A stretch of DNA of 64,000 bases from Chrysemys picta bellii. Taxonomy: Eukaryota. Positions within the stretch are counted from its first letter, which is position 1, and each line of letters starts with the position of its first letter. The notes below the pieces were generated by a model. That model was not told the DNA's origin. It did no database searches and worked only from the letters and a program-made list of their open reading frames with translations. The translations under genes were made by a program, and so were the position numbers. Location: NCBI RefSeq assembly GCF_011386835.1, contig NC_088803.1, forward strand, positions 33,728,001 to 33,792,000, given 5' to 3'. Shown here in pieces: positions 10,691-22,440 of this stretch.

Positions 10691-11911
10691 GACTGCTGTT
10701 CTGTGCCAGCTATAGTGGCTCTCAACACTCAATTGAAGGGGACAAATAAGCAGGCTGGTAGCAGGGCCTGAGTGAGGGAAGATATCAGCGTCTTAAGGGC
10801 CTAACTGGCTCCTACTACTTCTGTTGACTGCCTGTTCTCCTCAAGAGGGTTCAGGGAAGCAGCAGGAAACAGGGAGCTCCCTGAGAAGCTGGTGTTAATC
10901 AGTCCAGGCTCCTGGGGGTGCTAGAGAGGAACATAAGAGGCTCCTCCTCCTCTCTCTCCCTGCAGCTCCTGCTGCTTTCTGTTATTCCCTCTCCCCTTTT
11001 CTCCTGCCTGCCTGTTATGTCTCTTGTGCCCTCCTTCCTCCAGCACAGCACTCCACTTTCTCTGTGCATCTAGAACAGAGAGAATACATATGCACCAGCA
11101 GCAGATGCAATTTTCTACACTCTGAGTCCTAGTGGTGCTGCCCCCCACAGTCTGGCACCTGAGGCAGCCCTCTCAGTTCGCCTCATGGTAAGGCCAGCCC
11201 TGCTCATACGCAAGTCTTTGCAGGATCAGGTCCTTAATGCGCAAGTCAAAGAGTTTTAAAAGTTCTTCCTGTACATACCCACAGATCTCTTACAAAGTAG
11301 ATGATGGCTCTAAATATACAGTCAATCTGCGCTGAGACTTAAATTTGCAGCAAATTGTATTATAAGGGGAAGTGGCAGCAATACTTATATTTAACTTGCC
11401 TAACACTTTCCATTCTTGCAACCTTTTTAGGGGTGGTGGGAGGAGAGGGGAAGCTCTAACACCTCCGTTGTTTGCTGCTAGTCTTTGAAATTCAGCAGGG
11501 GGAAAGCTCTGGGATTACAGATCTGCTTTTTCTTTGCCCCGTTCAATTTTTGCTACACTAAAGCCTTTTTGAAATCCCATTTCTCTTCTTTAACTCAGGT
11601 TCTTCAGGGAAATTCTGGCAATAGGCCAAAATAATATGTGAACATTGTAAAAAGTCAGGTTTATGCTGTCACCAAAACAGCAGCAGCAGCACACACTTCA
11701 CTTGGAAACTGCCTGCAAGTCGGAGCAGTGGTGAGAAGGAGTGTGGAGAAAGAGCTTGGCTGGGTTCCTTCCAAGCACCTCCTGAACCCAGCGTATGGTA
11801 TCTCTGGCCCATCCCCTTTTCTGTTCTGGGATAATAACCTTCTTCTGTGGCCAGCTATTGTCCCATATCTCAAGTGATAAACGTCAGTGTGGAAGGCTCA
11901 GGATTCAGAAA

Positions 11912-12112
11912 GGAAGGGATAGCTCAGTGGTCTGAGCATTGGCCTGCTAAACCCAGGGTTGTGAGTTCAATCCTTGAGGGGGCCACTTGGGGATCTGGGG
12001 CAAAATCAGTACTTGGTCCTGCTAGTGAAGGCAGGGGGCTGGACTTGATGACCTTTCAAGGTCCCTTCCAGTTCTAGGAGATGGGATATCTCCATTAACA
12101 AACAAACAAAAA
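11912..12112 (+). mobile_element. Turtle tRNA-derived polIII SINE with CR1-like 3' end
   Basis: A-box TAGCTCAGTGG and B-box GAGTTCAATCC in a tRNA-like head; CR1-like tail GATGACCTTTCAAGGTCCCTTCCAGTTCTAGGAGAT; (AAAC)n end. Confidence 0.9.
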
Positions 12113-12820
12113 CTCTGCTGCGGATGCATAATGAAGGAAGCTGTTGTAGTTCCACATATTATAATTTGTTCTTATCATTTTTTCCTAAAAACAAACACAC
12201 ACCCCTCCAAAAAAAACCTGAGACAATTACACAAACTAACATTATTTAGGGTTGCAAAATCTGGTGCTCAGAAGTTAGGAAGTGTCAGATTCATGGTTGC
12301 TCATGCGACCTTAATTCAGCCCTCTTGAGCGTATGCATTATGATAGCCTTTGATTTAGACTCAGACTTTAAAGCCAGAAGGGACCATCATGATCATCTAG
12401 TCTGAGCTCCAGCACATTGCAGGCCACAAAACCTCACCCACCCTCTCCTGTAATAGACCCATAATCTCTGGCTGAGTTACTGACGTCCTCAAATCATGAT
12501 TTAAAGGCTTAAAGTTACAGAGATGCCACCATTTACTCTAGTTTAAACCTGCAATTGCCCTGTGCCCCATGCTGCAGAGGAAGGTGAACCCCCCACCCAC
12601 CAAGGGTCTCTGACAATCTGACCTGGGGGGAAATTCCTTCCCAACTACAAATATGGCAATCAGGGAGACACTGAGCATGTGGGCAGGCCCCACCAGCCAG
12701 ACACCTGGGAAAGAATTCTCTGTAGTAACTCAAAGCCCTCCCCATCTAGTGTCCTATCACTGGCTGCTGGGCATATCTGCTATTAGCAGTCGCATATCGG
12801 CTACATGCCGTTGTAGGCAG

Positions 12821-13946
12821 TGTGACATTCTATACCTTGGGGGAGTGTACTGTAACCCCCATATTCCGCATTTTCATATAATCGTGATCTCACATATAAA
12901 GCATGTCTTGTAAGGTATCAGGGGAAAGGTTACAATCTGCTGAAAGTCATTTCGCTATCCATATATGCGTATCATTAATGCATATGAAGTTATGAGAATT
13001 GTGTTGTATGGTGGTCACTAAAACATGCTGTAAGTTGGGGGATCAGCCAGATATTAGCTCCCCAGAGGCAACAGCAAGGAAAGTAACCAATGCCCGGGCA
13101 AGGTGTCAAACAACCCATCAACAGCCATTGACCAGCAAGGGAGCTACAATGCAATGACTCACCTGCATGAGGCCACACCAGGGAAATTGCTCAACCTTGC
13201 TGGGAGAGACTCAGCAATGCCCCCCAGGCATGCCTGGACTTGTGCTCCCCAAGCACATGGACTGAGGGTATAAAACAGACAGAGTGGACACATACTAGGC
13301 CCTTCTCCTGCCCCCACCTATGCTGCAAGCAACCAAGACACTGAGAAGAAGATAAGACTCCAACACAGGAGATTGGCCCAGGTTTAAAGAACAAACCTGT
13401 ATATTAAGAACTGAAATATCCAGTGGGGTGAGAAAAACTGCTTAATCTAGTTGCTGCCCAGTCTAATAGGGCTGAGAGTTTAGACTGCATGCTTATATTT
13501 TATTTTCATTTCGTAACCACTCTGACTTCTTGTAGCTTTGACTTATAATCACTTAAAATCTATCTTTCATAATTCTACCTGAAGTAGAATTATGAAAGAT
13601 AGATTTTTGGTTTGAAGCGTGTCAGAGGCTCCCCTTGGGAGAACAAGCCTGGTACATATCAATTTCTTTGTTAAACTGATGAACTCATATAAGCTTGCAG
13701 CGTCCAGCGGGTATAACCGGACACTGCAAGATGGAGGTTCCTAGGGTTGTGTCTGGGACCAGAGATATTGGCTAGTGTCATTCAGTTGCAAGTAGCTGGG
13801 AGCAGCTTACATGCCAGACACAGTGCGTGAACAGCCCAGGTGTGGGGATTCTCACAGCAGAGCAGGGTAAGGCTGGCTCCCAGAGTCAAGGATTGGAGTG
13901 ACCGAGCAGAGCACCAGTCCAGACAACATCAGAGGGGAACGTGACA
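12821..13946 (+). mobile_element. Solo LTR (Gypsy/ERV-type), 1126 bp
   Basis: TGTGACATT...AACGTGACA termini (TG...CA); 5-bp TSD GGCAG (12816-12820, 13947-13951); TATAAAA at 13269-13275; no internal retroviral ORFs. Confidence 0.9.
13555..13607. repeat. Perfect inverted repeat, 24-bp arms with a 5-nt loop
   Basis: AAAATCTATCTTTCATAATTCTAC-CTGAA-GTAGAATTATGAAAGATAGATTTT; the arms are exact reverse complements. Confidence 0.97.
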
Positions 13947-16900
13947 GGCAGTATCAAACGCAGTCTTGAAGCCAGTTAGGTTTTTTGCCCCCACCGCTCC
14001 CCTTGGAAGGCTGTTTCAGAAATTCATTCCTCTATCACCTACTGTTTTTTTCCACCGGACCCCTCCCTTATTCAGTGCACATGATGGATGCACAAGGGGG
14101 CACAGTTAAGGTTATATGAGCTTGACTTTGCAACCTAAATAATGTTCTTTTAACTTAGTTTCTGAATGTAATATATAAAATTCTGTGATGATTTTTCCCC
14201 TTTGAGGCAAATTGAGTTTGACATTTACATAAGAAGCAATAAAACTGATACAGTCAAAGTATATTCCTAGAACAAGTTCGGTAATGTCTCTTCCAAACTA
14301 CATTCAAGTTAGCACAATAAGTGCCTTTTCATGTTTGTAGTCGAAGTACTGGCCAATTCTGCCACATGGTCTTGGAAAACTGCCTTCAAAATTGACTTTC
14401 CCTGGTGAAAATTTGCTTCTATGGACAGCAGAGATACTGGGAGCATTTCAAAGGGACAAAAAGGAAGAAGGAAGGCAGAGGTAGAGGTTAAAGGTTAACT
14501 TTAAGCAGGTGGCTTTCATTTCTCTTTGTCCAGTAGTTCTGTACTTTCTAATTCCCAAAACTTTCTGGTTAACAGTGAGTTTCACTTCTTCTGAGAGCAA
14601 CTTTATGATAATTTGCCTTCATTTATCAAGTCCGCTGATTCTGGTTCTCAGCAGGGCTCTCTTGTCTGGGATTTCAGCCCCACCTGGGGAGAATGTATTT
14701 TGGAGGCTTTTACTTCAGGTAGCAATCCAGCTTTAAGATGTCCAGCCTGGGAACAGAGAATGATTTTTCAGTCCATGAGTTTGCTTGATCTTGGTTCAGG
14801 AAAAGATATAGTTTGGCCTTTGTCCTCAAACACCAAGTGACTGGCACAGCTAGCTGATCTGAATAGAGATGACAGTCGCAAATGGCCATTAGTCATGCCT
14901 TTTTCAATCTATAAAGTCCTTTGATGTGAGTAAATGAGCAGACCACCTAGTGGCTGGCATTCTATCTCTAACACATAGCCACTAGGAGCCTGATGCTATG
15001 ATTTCGATTCTCCTCTTGACCTGACGCATCTCACGGGGTGCATTGAGACTGCAGGCACCAGGATGTTACAGATAGGTCTTTAGACCCTCACTCTCCTGGG
15101 CCATGAATTTTAATTATGTCATGTGAGCTATAACCAAGATGATGTTCTTGGTCTCCTGGAAAGCCCAGTGGTTTAACAGCACCACCAGCTAGTGCACTGA
15201 AAGGTGACATGTGAAGAAGGAGATTTCAGGCACTTTAATGAACACAATTAAGGTAGGACGGATCTGCAGATCACATAACACTCCTGGGGTGTGTGGAAGT
15301 ATTAGAGGTGGGTCCAAGCCACAGAGTTCCACAATAGCTATTTCAGTCAATTTTCTTGGGCTGACAAGCCTCGGTCTGGATTCCACTTAGAGTTCCTCAC
15401 AGGCATCTAAGTTATGCCATTGGCATAGCGGCCTTACTGTTCTTTGCTGGGAATTGCTGGTTGCATTATCCCCCTGAGGTGGCAAAAAGGGACTGTAACC
15501 ACACTTGAGACTCTGGCCCATAAACAGCCACATCACAGATTTGTGATGGCATCCATGAAACAGATACTAGCAGCCATTAAACCAAAGGGCGGGGGGAGGG
15601 GTTATTTTTAGAGTCCACAAGGAAAACAGCTGTGGCACTTTCTCAGAGTAGAATGGCTCTCGCGAAACAGAGGGAGGCCTGTCTGACTGCCTCAAGATTT
15701 TCCCACTTAAGAATTTCAACCTTTCAAGGCTCCCCTGTGCAAGCCTCCACCTCCAGTGCGCTGCCTCATGTAATTCTAGAATGTCATGGAGGAAACCAGA
15801 ATTATTTTTATTTACGGTTGAGTAAACCTTTAACATTTAACAGTCAGGTGTTTATTTCACTCCCCAATCTGCCTTCTGCTCCAGTAATGCTTAGCAAGGT
15901 CCTCCTCTTAGGGGGGAGGGGGGGGGAAGCCTTGGATTAAATGCTCTCAAAATGGAGTGCTCTGGGAAAACACAAACTTGAGTCCACTACCACCAACCCC
16001 ACCCCCCCCACACTGCACCCTCCCATTTTGGCCCTCCCCCGTAGGAACATGACAGGAAATAGTTTAAAGGTAGGGAATTTTCAATGAAAATATTATTTTT
16101 CCATCTGCCCACTTGTACGCCCTCGCAGGTTGTATGGCTAAATGACGTTCAGGAATGTGCATCCTTCAGGCTATTTGCTCGACTCTCTTCTCTTGTGTTG
16201 CTTTCACGGCAGAGCAGCAGGTCCTCCTGGCTCCCAAATGTCACAGGAGACACTTGACCTTTAGGAGTGTGTCTTGACTTTTCAAAGTCATTTATAACCC
16301 TAATTCAAAACTACAGCTCCTGTAACTGGAGGAGGCTGACCCCTCTCAATAGACTGTGTTCCCATCTTCCTGGGAGGTGCATCTGGGGTGGGGTCCACCA
16401 TGATTCCAGAGCTCTTGGATAAAAACAACAACCCTGAAACCTACAAAAATTGGCTGATATTGCATGCAGCTTTGCGATTCAAACCAGATGCTTGCATGCC
16501 TTCCTGCCCACGCTACCTTAGCCCACGCTTATCCGTTCCTATCCTAACAGGATGTTTCAGCTTTTAGTACCTTGAGCCATTTTCAACAAAAGCAGTAACA
16601 GGAGAGGGACGTACGTTCTCAGAGATGACCTGCAGCAAGCTGCGGGCAGCAGCAGACATGCTGGAGACTTCATCTGATGGCTGCCATGTTGCTCTCCTTT
16701 TCCCAGGAGCGATGAATTTCTTCCAGGTGGCTAGCAAGTATGAAGACAACAGGCTTGACATATAGCGTGGGTCTGGGATGAGGAAGAGGATTGGTTTGTT
16801 TATTTTAGAGAGCAGATTCAGTGTGGTGGGGGGAGGAAATCAGTAATATCTGGACCAATTTCATCCCTTTCACTTCTCCTGCTGGTTCAAAAAAAAAAAA

Positions 16901-19900
16901 ATGTTGGCCTACCATCTAATTTTATCTTCCTGCTAAGCTATATTGCTCTTGTTAGAGGAATCCCAAATTGCACCATTGATTCCCCTGTGTTAGAAGACAT
17001 CCTTTTTCTAGCGCTCTTTGTTATAAAGCTTCACCATAGTCACCAGCTCCATTAAAGCCTGTCTGAACTCCTTCCCCAGTCAAACCCTCCTCTCAGTTAC
17101 ACCTCTCGGGGTTATGGTAATTCTAGGTAGCCCTATCTGTAGAGGCAGATGCTTCATGAAACTGTGTGCCAAGGAAGTTGTGGTTGATCTGGAAATGCCC
17201 AGAAGGCAACTAACTCCACCTTGTGTTGGAGAGAAGATATAAAAGGTAAGCTTCAGCAGGCAGGTTTTTCTTTCGGTGAGGTCCTCAGTGTAGAGGAGAC
17301 CAGATTTAACTTCTAGGGTAACAACGAGGAGTAGAATTTCAGTGCATTAAAACCAAACTTTTCAAAGTTCAAACTGACCCCCCCTAAATCCATAATTAGA
17401 CATCTGAGAAAGCGGCTTGATTTTCAGACATACTGAGCACCCAGAACTCCCACTAGAATCAGTGGGAGCTGCAGATACTCAGCCCTACAATAAAATCAGG
17501 CTATTTTTTATCCCTAAATATGGATTTAGATGCCTACTATTAGGCATTCACATTTGCCAAAAGGACCCTAGATGGCCAGAGAATCTGGGTCACCATTTTA
17601 ACAGCCTTCTTGTAAATGAAGGGAGTACTCTGTCGAGTTCAGCACAGTGCCCTGGGAACCGAGGTCAGACTAGTCTTTTGGGACAGAGCCAATTGCAGAG
17701 TCTCAGTGTCCAGCGTCTGTCCAGTGACAGCTTTCCTCTGTGATATGCCTACCTCTTTCACACCCAAAACATATTAGCCAGTGTAATTAGACATATTGGC
17801 AAAACAGAAACAGAAAAGACACATGCTACCAATTATCCTGTTGTAAACTTATCAGCTTTTTTTAAAACCATGAAATGTGATTACTCATTGGCAAGAGTTT
17901 GAAACCCTTTGCTTTTTATAGAGAGCAAGGGGAAAAAAAACTAAAAAACTTAGTTTAGTACACAAGTTCATCAGAAATGTGATCAGCGCACACACCCACC
18001 CACCCCTACCTCTCTGTTATAGCTTCACAGCTGTGAACATACAGGCTGCCAGAGTTGAATAACCCATTAATCTCCGTGTGGAAAATTAACTAATAAATTG
18101 CAGATAATTAGCTGGGTATGAGAAGAAGCAGGGAATCAGACAGCTGTTTGTTAAAGCATGATTGGGGCATGTAGAAACAAGGTGCAACCAGACATGCAGG
18201 GATCAGAGGGGAGGGAGAACACAGGGCATGAAAAAGTAGAGAGTGGGGAATCTGGGAGAATGGATACATGTGTGTATATATAAAACAAATTTAAGTAATT
18301 CCATCCAGGCGGCATTTCTGATTGAGACCTGTAGAAGGCTGTGTAGAGCCCTTAGGAGAGTGCAGGTCATCAATCCGAACGGACCAGTCCTGAGGCCAAC
18401 CGAAGCTGAAAGGATTACAATTAGTCCCTAGCCAAGAAAAAGAAGCAAACAATGCTACAGTGCACACTCATTGTCATGTCATTCCTTTCCAACCAGACAG
18501 ACACCAGGCTTCACAACAAAGGAGACCCGAGAGGCAGCAACGGGATATACAAAAGAATCTGCAGTAGTGCCCCAACACATCCACCTACAGGCGCTGCTTG
18601 TCAGTACTGTGTTGTACCCACAGCCTAACCAGCTAAGAATATGCTCCTTACCTCTCCCACAACACACTCGCTTTTCCTGTTTCACTTTGATTTTTACTCA
18701 ATGGTTTTGAATGGGCAAACTGCACACAGACACCAATATGTACATGAGAGATAAATGAATTAAAATTTAAAATAATGTCTTAAAAGTGAAGCGACAAAAA
18801 CCAATCCAAAGAGATCTCAAAATAGATCATGAATAGCTTGGGGTTTAGCAGTCACATGCATTACAGAACAGGAAGTCAGGTGACATTTAGAGCCAGCACC
18901 TGAACAGTATTACTTTTAGGCAAGTGTTCAAGGTTTATTTCCCAGGCCAAATCAAGGCTCTTGGCTTCAGATTCAGACTCTAGAGGCACCAGGAATCTTA
19001 AAAGTTGTCCTCCCAAGGTTTCAGCCCCAGAGGCAGGGCCCACATCATGAGATTTATTAGGTAGATAGGAAACTTTATGGGATCAGCTGTTTTCACATGA
19101 CTTCTGCCATCTTGGACTGAACACTTACAAGAATGGCTGTTTCCAAAAGATATGGTCATTCCAGGCCTGGGACTTGGGAAAAAAAAAAGGCCCTACAATG
19201 TCCTTCTTGGTAGACAAGAGACAGACTTGGGTGTAATTAAAATCAAGAGGATTCTTTATTGAGATAGCTTGCACGGGCTGATCAAGGCAAAGATACTTCA
19301 GGCCCATGCGTAGGTGCCCATGTGCTGGTGTCATATGATTAAATCAGTATGCCAGCTTTCATTTATTCAAGGGGGGAAATGCTTTCCTTGGTGGTTGCAG
19401 GAAAAAAGCTTGAAAATGTGACGAGAGTGTAGCTTACACAGTGACATCTGCCTGAGGCTGAAACAATAGGTCTGAGAGGTGTGAGTTCTCCATATAGCTC
19501 AGTAGGGTTTAATCCAATACTTGCTTCTTGGAGGTGGAGGGGGAGAGAAGAGGCCTGTCAACACCACCCCAGCAGAGGAGTCTTTGTGCAGCAGGAGTAG
19601 AAGAGTGTTGCAGGCTCCACCCACCCATTCAAGCAGATACACCCTGACAGCTGGGGTTGGGGTCTCTGCCTCTCTGAAGAGGAGAAAGAACCTCTGATGC
19701 TCACAAAGGGAGGGTGGCTCCTGCAACCACTTCTGGGGCACAGATGGGATATTATGCCTCTGCCTCTCTAGGAGGGGAGGGGGAGCCCTCTTGCCACCAT
19801 CAATCAAAATGGGGAGTGGGACAACCCTGCAGGCACAGGGCTTTGGAGGAAGAACCGTGGTGTACCTAGGGTCTCAGAATGCTGGTTCTGCCTGCTGAAC

Positions 19901-20068
19901 ACAGACAGCCCTTCTGGTTCTCTCTGGCTGTGTAGCTTCCAGACTGACAAATACAGCCTGGGTAGCTAATATCACCACATCGATTCTCCCTAAATCCGAG
20001 TCTAGTCCACACTCACAGAAAGACTGCTCAACATACTCCAGGGTCCCTGCAGTTTTGGAATTAACCTC

Positions 20069-20883
20069 TGTCAGGGTTCCCTCCCCACTCTGAACTCTGG
20101 GGTACAGATGTGGGGACCCACATGAAAGACCCCCTAAGCATATTTCTACCAGCTTAGGCTAAAAACTTCCCTAAGGCACAAATCCTTCCTTGTCCTTGGA
20201 TGGGTACTGCTGCCACCACCAAGTGAGTTAGACAAAGATTCAGGAAAAGGACCACTTGGAGTTCCTGTTTCCCTAAAATATTCCCCCAAGCCCCTTCACT
20301 CCCCTTCCTGGGGAGGCTTGAGAATAATATACCAACCAAATAGGTTAACAAGGTGAGCACAGACCAGACCCTTGGGTTTTTAGGACACTAAAAAACAATC
20401 AGATTCTTTAAAAAACAGAACTTTATTATAAAGAAAATAGTAAAAGAAGCCCCTCTGTAAAATCAGGATGGAAAGTAATTTTACAGGGTAATAAGATTCA
20501 AAACACAGAGGATTCCCCTCTAGGCAAAACTTTAAAGTTACAGAAAACAGGAATAAACCTCCCTCTTAGCATAAGGACAATTCACAAGCTAAAACAAAAG
20601 ATAATCTAAAGCATTTCCTTCCTGTTACTTACAATTTGTAATCTGATTAGATGCTTAGTTCAGGTATGGTTTTGGGAGATGTATTTTCCCTGCCCTGATG
20701 CCTCGCTGACCTGGAGAGAACACACAAAGAGAGACAAAACAAAAACCTTGCCCCACAGATTTGAAAGTATCTTCTCCCCTTATTGGTCCTTTTGGTCAGG
20801 TGCCAACCAGGTTATTTGAGCTTCTTAACCCTTTACAGGTAAAGGAGGGATTTTATGCTGCCCTTAGCTGTATGTTCATGACA
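20069..20883 (-). mobile_element. Solo LTR (Gypsy-like), 815 bp
   Basis: TGTCA...TGACA termini; 5-bp TSD ACCTC (20064-20068, 20884-20888); minus-strand AATAAA (TTTATT at 20422-20427) suggests minus orientation. Confidence 0.9.
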
Positions 20884-21904
20884 ACCTCGGAGCTAAAATC
20901 ATGGAATGATTTTGGATTTGGGCATTCACATCCATATACCACCTAGCCCAAAATACAAAGGATGTACTCAAGGTTCCAGTACTAGCCCATCTATAATATA
21001 AATAAGAGTTGGACTCATGCAGCAAAGTTCTTCTGCTGAAAGAGATCCCTTATCAGGGAAGTTCAGCAACAGGCACTGCTTTCTCAAGGCAATCAGTGCT
21101 CTTCCCCTCATTTCCTGTCATTCTTTTAGCAACTGTGTCCAAACTGTAAATATCCCCTCCACATCCCCTGATGCAGCGGAAAACCACACTCTAGCTCCTC
21201 TGGAGTGATAATACCTTTTGGGATTAGTTGAACCAAAAAGAATGATAAAGGATCTTCATCCCTTACTGTCAGTCAATCTGATGCCAAACTTTTTAAATAT
21301 ATTTAGGAGATAATGTTACTCCTCAATTCTGTCAAACTCTTTTCAGCATCCAATGAAAAAAATGAGGCATTCCTACTTTTCTCCCCATTCACAGTAGCAT
21401 TGCTTAACTCTTATCAGAATATGTTCAGTCTGGGTCAAAAATCAGCAAAGTGTACTGGTATTTAAGATGCACCAATATAAAAGCTATTTTAATACTAGAT
21501 TTAGCCTGATTAGGGATAGGTGAGAGCTGCAATGTTCAGATCTAAATCCATATTTTGGGAGGTTTGGGGTCTACTCATTGTACAACCAACCCTAAAATTG
21601 GAAGAAATTTGGTACCAAGCTTCTGCTTTGGCTCAAATGTTAGTGGCGTTTGGAGCTGGGGTATGGTCTGAACCCACCTCTTCTTCAGATCCTTTTCAAG
21701 ATTACCAATCCTATTAGCTAGAACTACAAGTCCTTCTTCTGAGATGCAAATGATATGCATTTGCCCTGCTAACTCATACAAAAGCACACATGCAGGTACA
21801 CACAAAACACCTTAGATTTCTAAGCCAATTCAGCTTCACCGAGGCGATCATGTCCCCTAAAATAGTTTTGTTCTGATCTACTCATTGAATAGTTTGGACC
21901 AATC

Positions 21905-22440
21905 TACAGTTGGTGGGAATGGCAGAGAATTATGAAAGATGGGACAGATGGATGGGGGACGATAAGGCAGTAGCATGAGCCGCGGGTGGAGTAAGAGGAC
22001 AGATTAGATGAGTAACATGGATCAAGCATTTGTTGGGTTTAGAATGTTGGTATCTTATAGGATAGTTACAAACTGGACGCAGTTGTAGGAAACCAGTGAT
22101 GATGATAAAGAAGGAAGATAATATTGGTCCTACATCTGAGAGGAGTTGATAATCAGGCCATGGCACGTGAACCCCATCAAGTTTAAAGAACAGAGACTCA
22201 ATAAGACCATAAAAGCAGGAGTTGCATTGAGGCAGAAAATGATCAAGGAATAAATAAAGATTTCAGCAGAGGCAGAGTCAATGTGAGGAGGAATTCTGGC
22301 CCTGCGCTAGCAGTCTTCTGAAAATCATTATTTAGTTCTACTCTAGTCATTACCTGAATGAAAGAATATGGTGGGAACAATAGGAAGTTAGGGTTAGAAT
22401 GACTCCAAGATTTCTAGTTTGAATTGACAGATAGCCTTAG
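21905..22440 (-). mobile_element. Ancient L2/CR1-clade LINE fragment
   Basis: The minus-strand translation contains LRPVCNYP, resembling the YRPVSNLP motif of L2/CR1 ORF2; purine-rich plus strand with GAATGACTCCAAGATTTCT; highly degenerate. Confidence 0.45.

Larger units (their letters stand above)
7557..11202 (-). mobile_element. Full-length hAT DNA transposon (Tip100/Zaphod-like), 3646 bp including a nested MITE
   Basis: TIRs CAGGGCCGGCCC / CAGGGCTGGCCT; perfect 8-bp TSD CTCATACG (7549-7556, 11203-11210); subterminal 13-bp direct repeat TGGCACCTGAGGC (7578-7590, 11153-11165); encodes a transposase on the minus strand. Confidence 0.96.
7453..11233. repeat. Older hairpin MITE split by the hAT transposon (arms ~7453-7556 and 11203-11233)
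   Basis: Flanks CCTGATCCTGCAAA (left) and TTTGCAGGATCAGG (right) are exact reverse complements lying outside the hAT TSDs. Confidence 0.65.
12355..14035 (-). mobile_element. CR1 LINE 3' fragment (12355-12820 and 13947-~14035), interrupted by a solo LTR
   Basis: Starts with the reverse-complement CR1 3' tail (AGACTCAGACTTTAAAGCCAGAAGGGACCATCATGATCATCTAGTCTGA); the sequence resumes after the LTR TSD. Confidence 0.75.
12238..14146. mobile_element. Old palindromic DNA element split by CR1 and LTR insertions
   Basis: AACATTATTTAGGGTTGCAAA (12238-12258) versus TTTGCAACCTAAATAATGTT (14127-14146) form inverted repeats; the inner arms also match (ACCTTAA...CCC..TTG.GC). True outer limits may be wider. 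Confidence 0.6.

Noticed and set aside
11912-11990. tRNA gene
   Set aside because: It has A and B boxes but no acceptor-stem closure and continues into a CR1-like tail; it is a SINE head.
18310-18720. Minus-strand exon pair (68-nt segment with AG/GTAAGG donor; downstream acceptor near 18430)
   Set aside because: The splice signals look plausible, but the joined frames hit stop codons and match no protein I know.
12821-20883. Single provirus bounded by two LTRs
   Set aside because: The two LTRs differ in sequence, length and apparent orientation, each has its own TSD, and there are no gag/pol remnants between them.
21926-21940. 15-bp identity (AGAATTATGAAAGAT) with the LTR hairpin arm at 13586-13600
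   Set aside because: A few 15-mer matches are expected by chance among all pairs in 64 kb, more so in AT-rich DNA.
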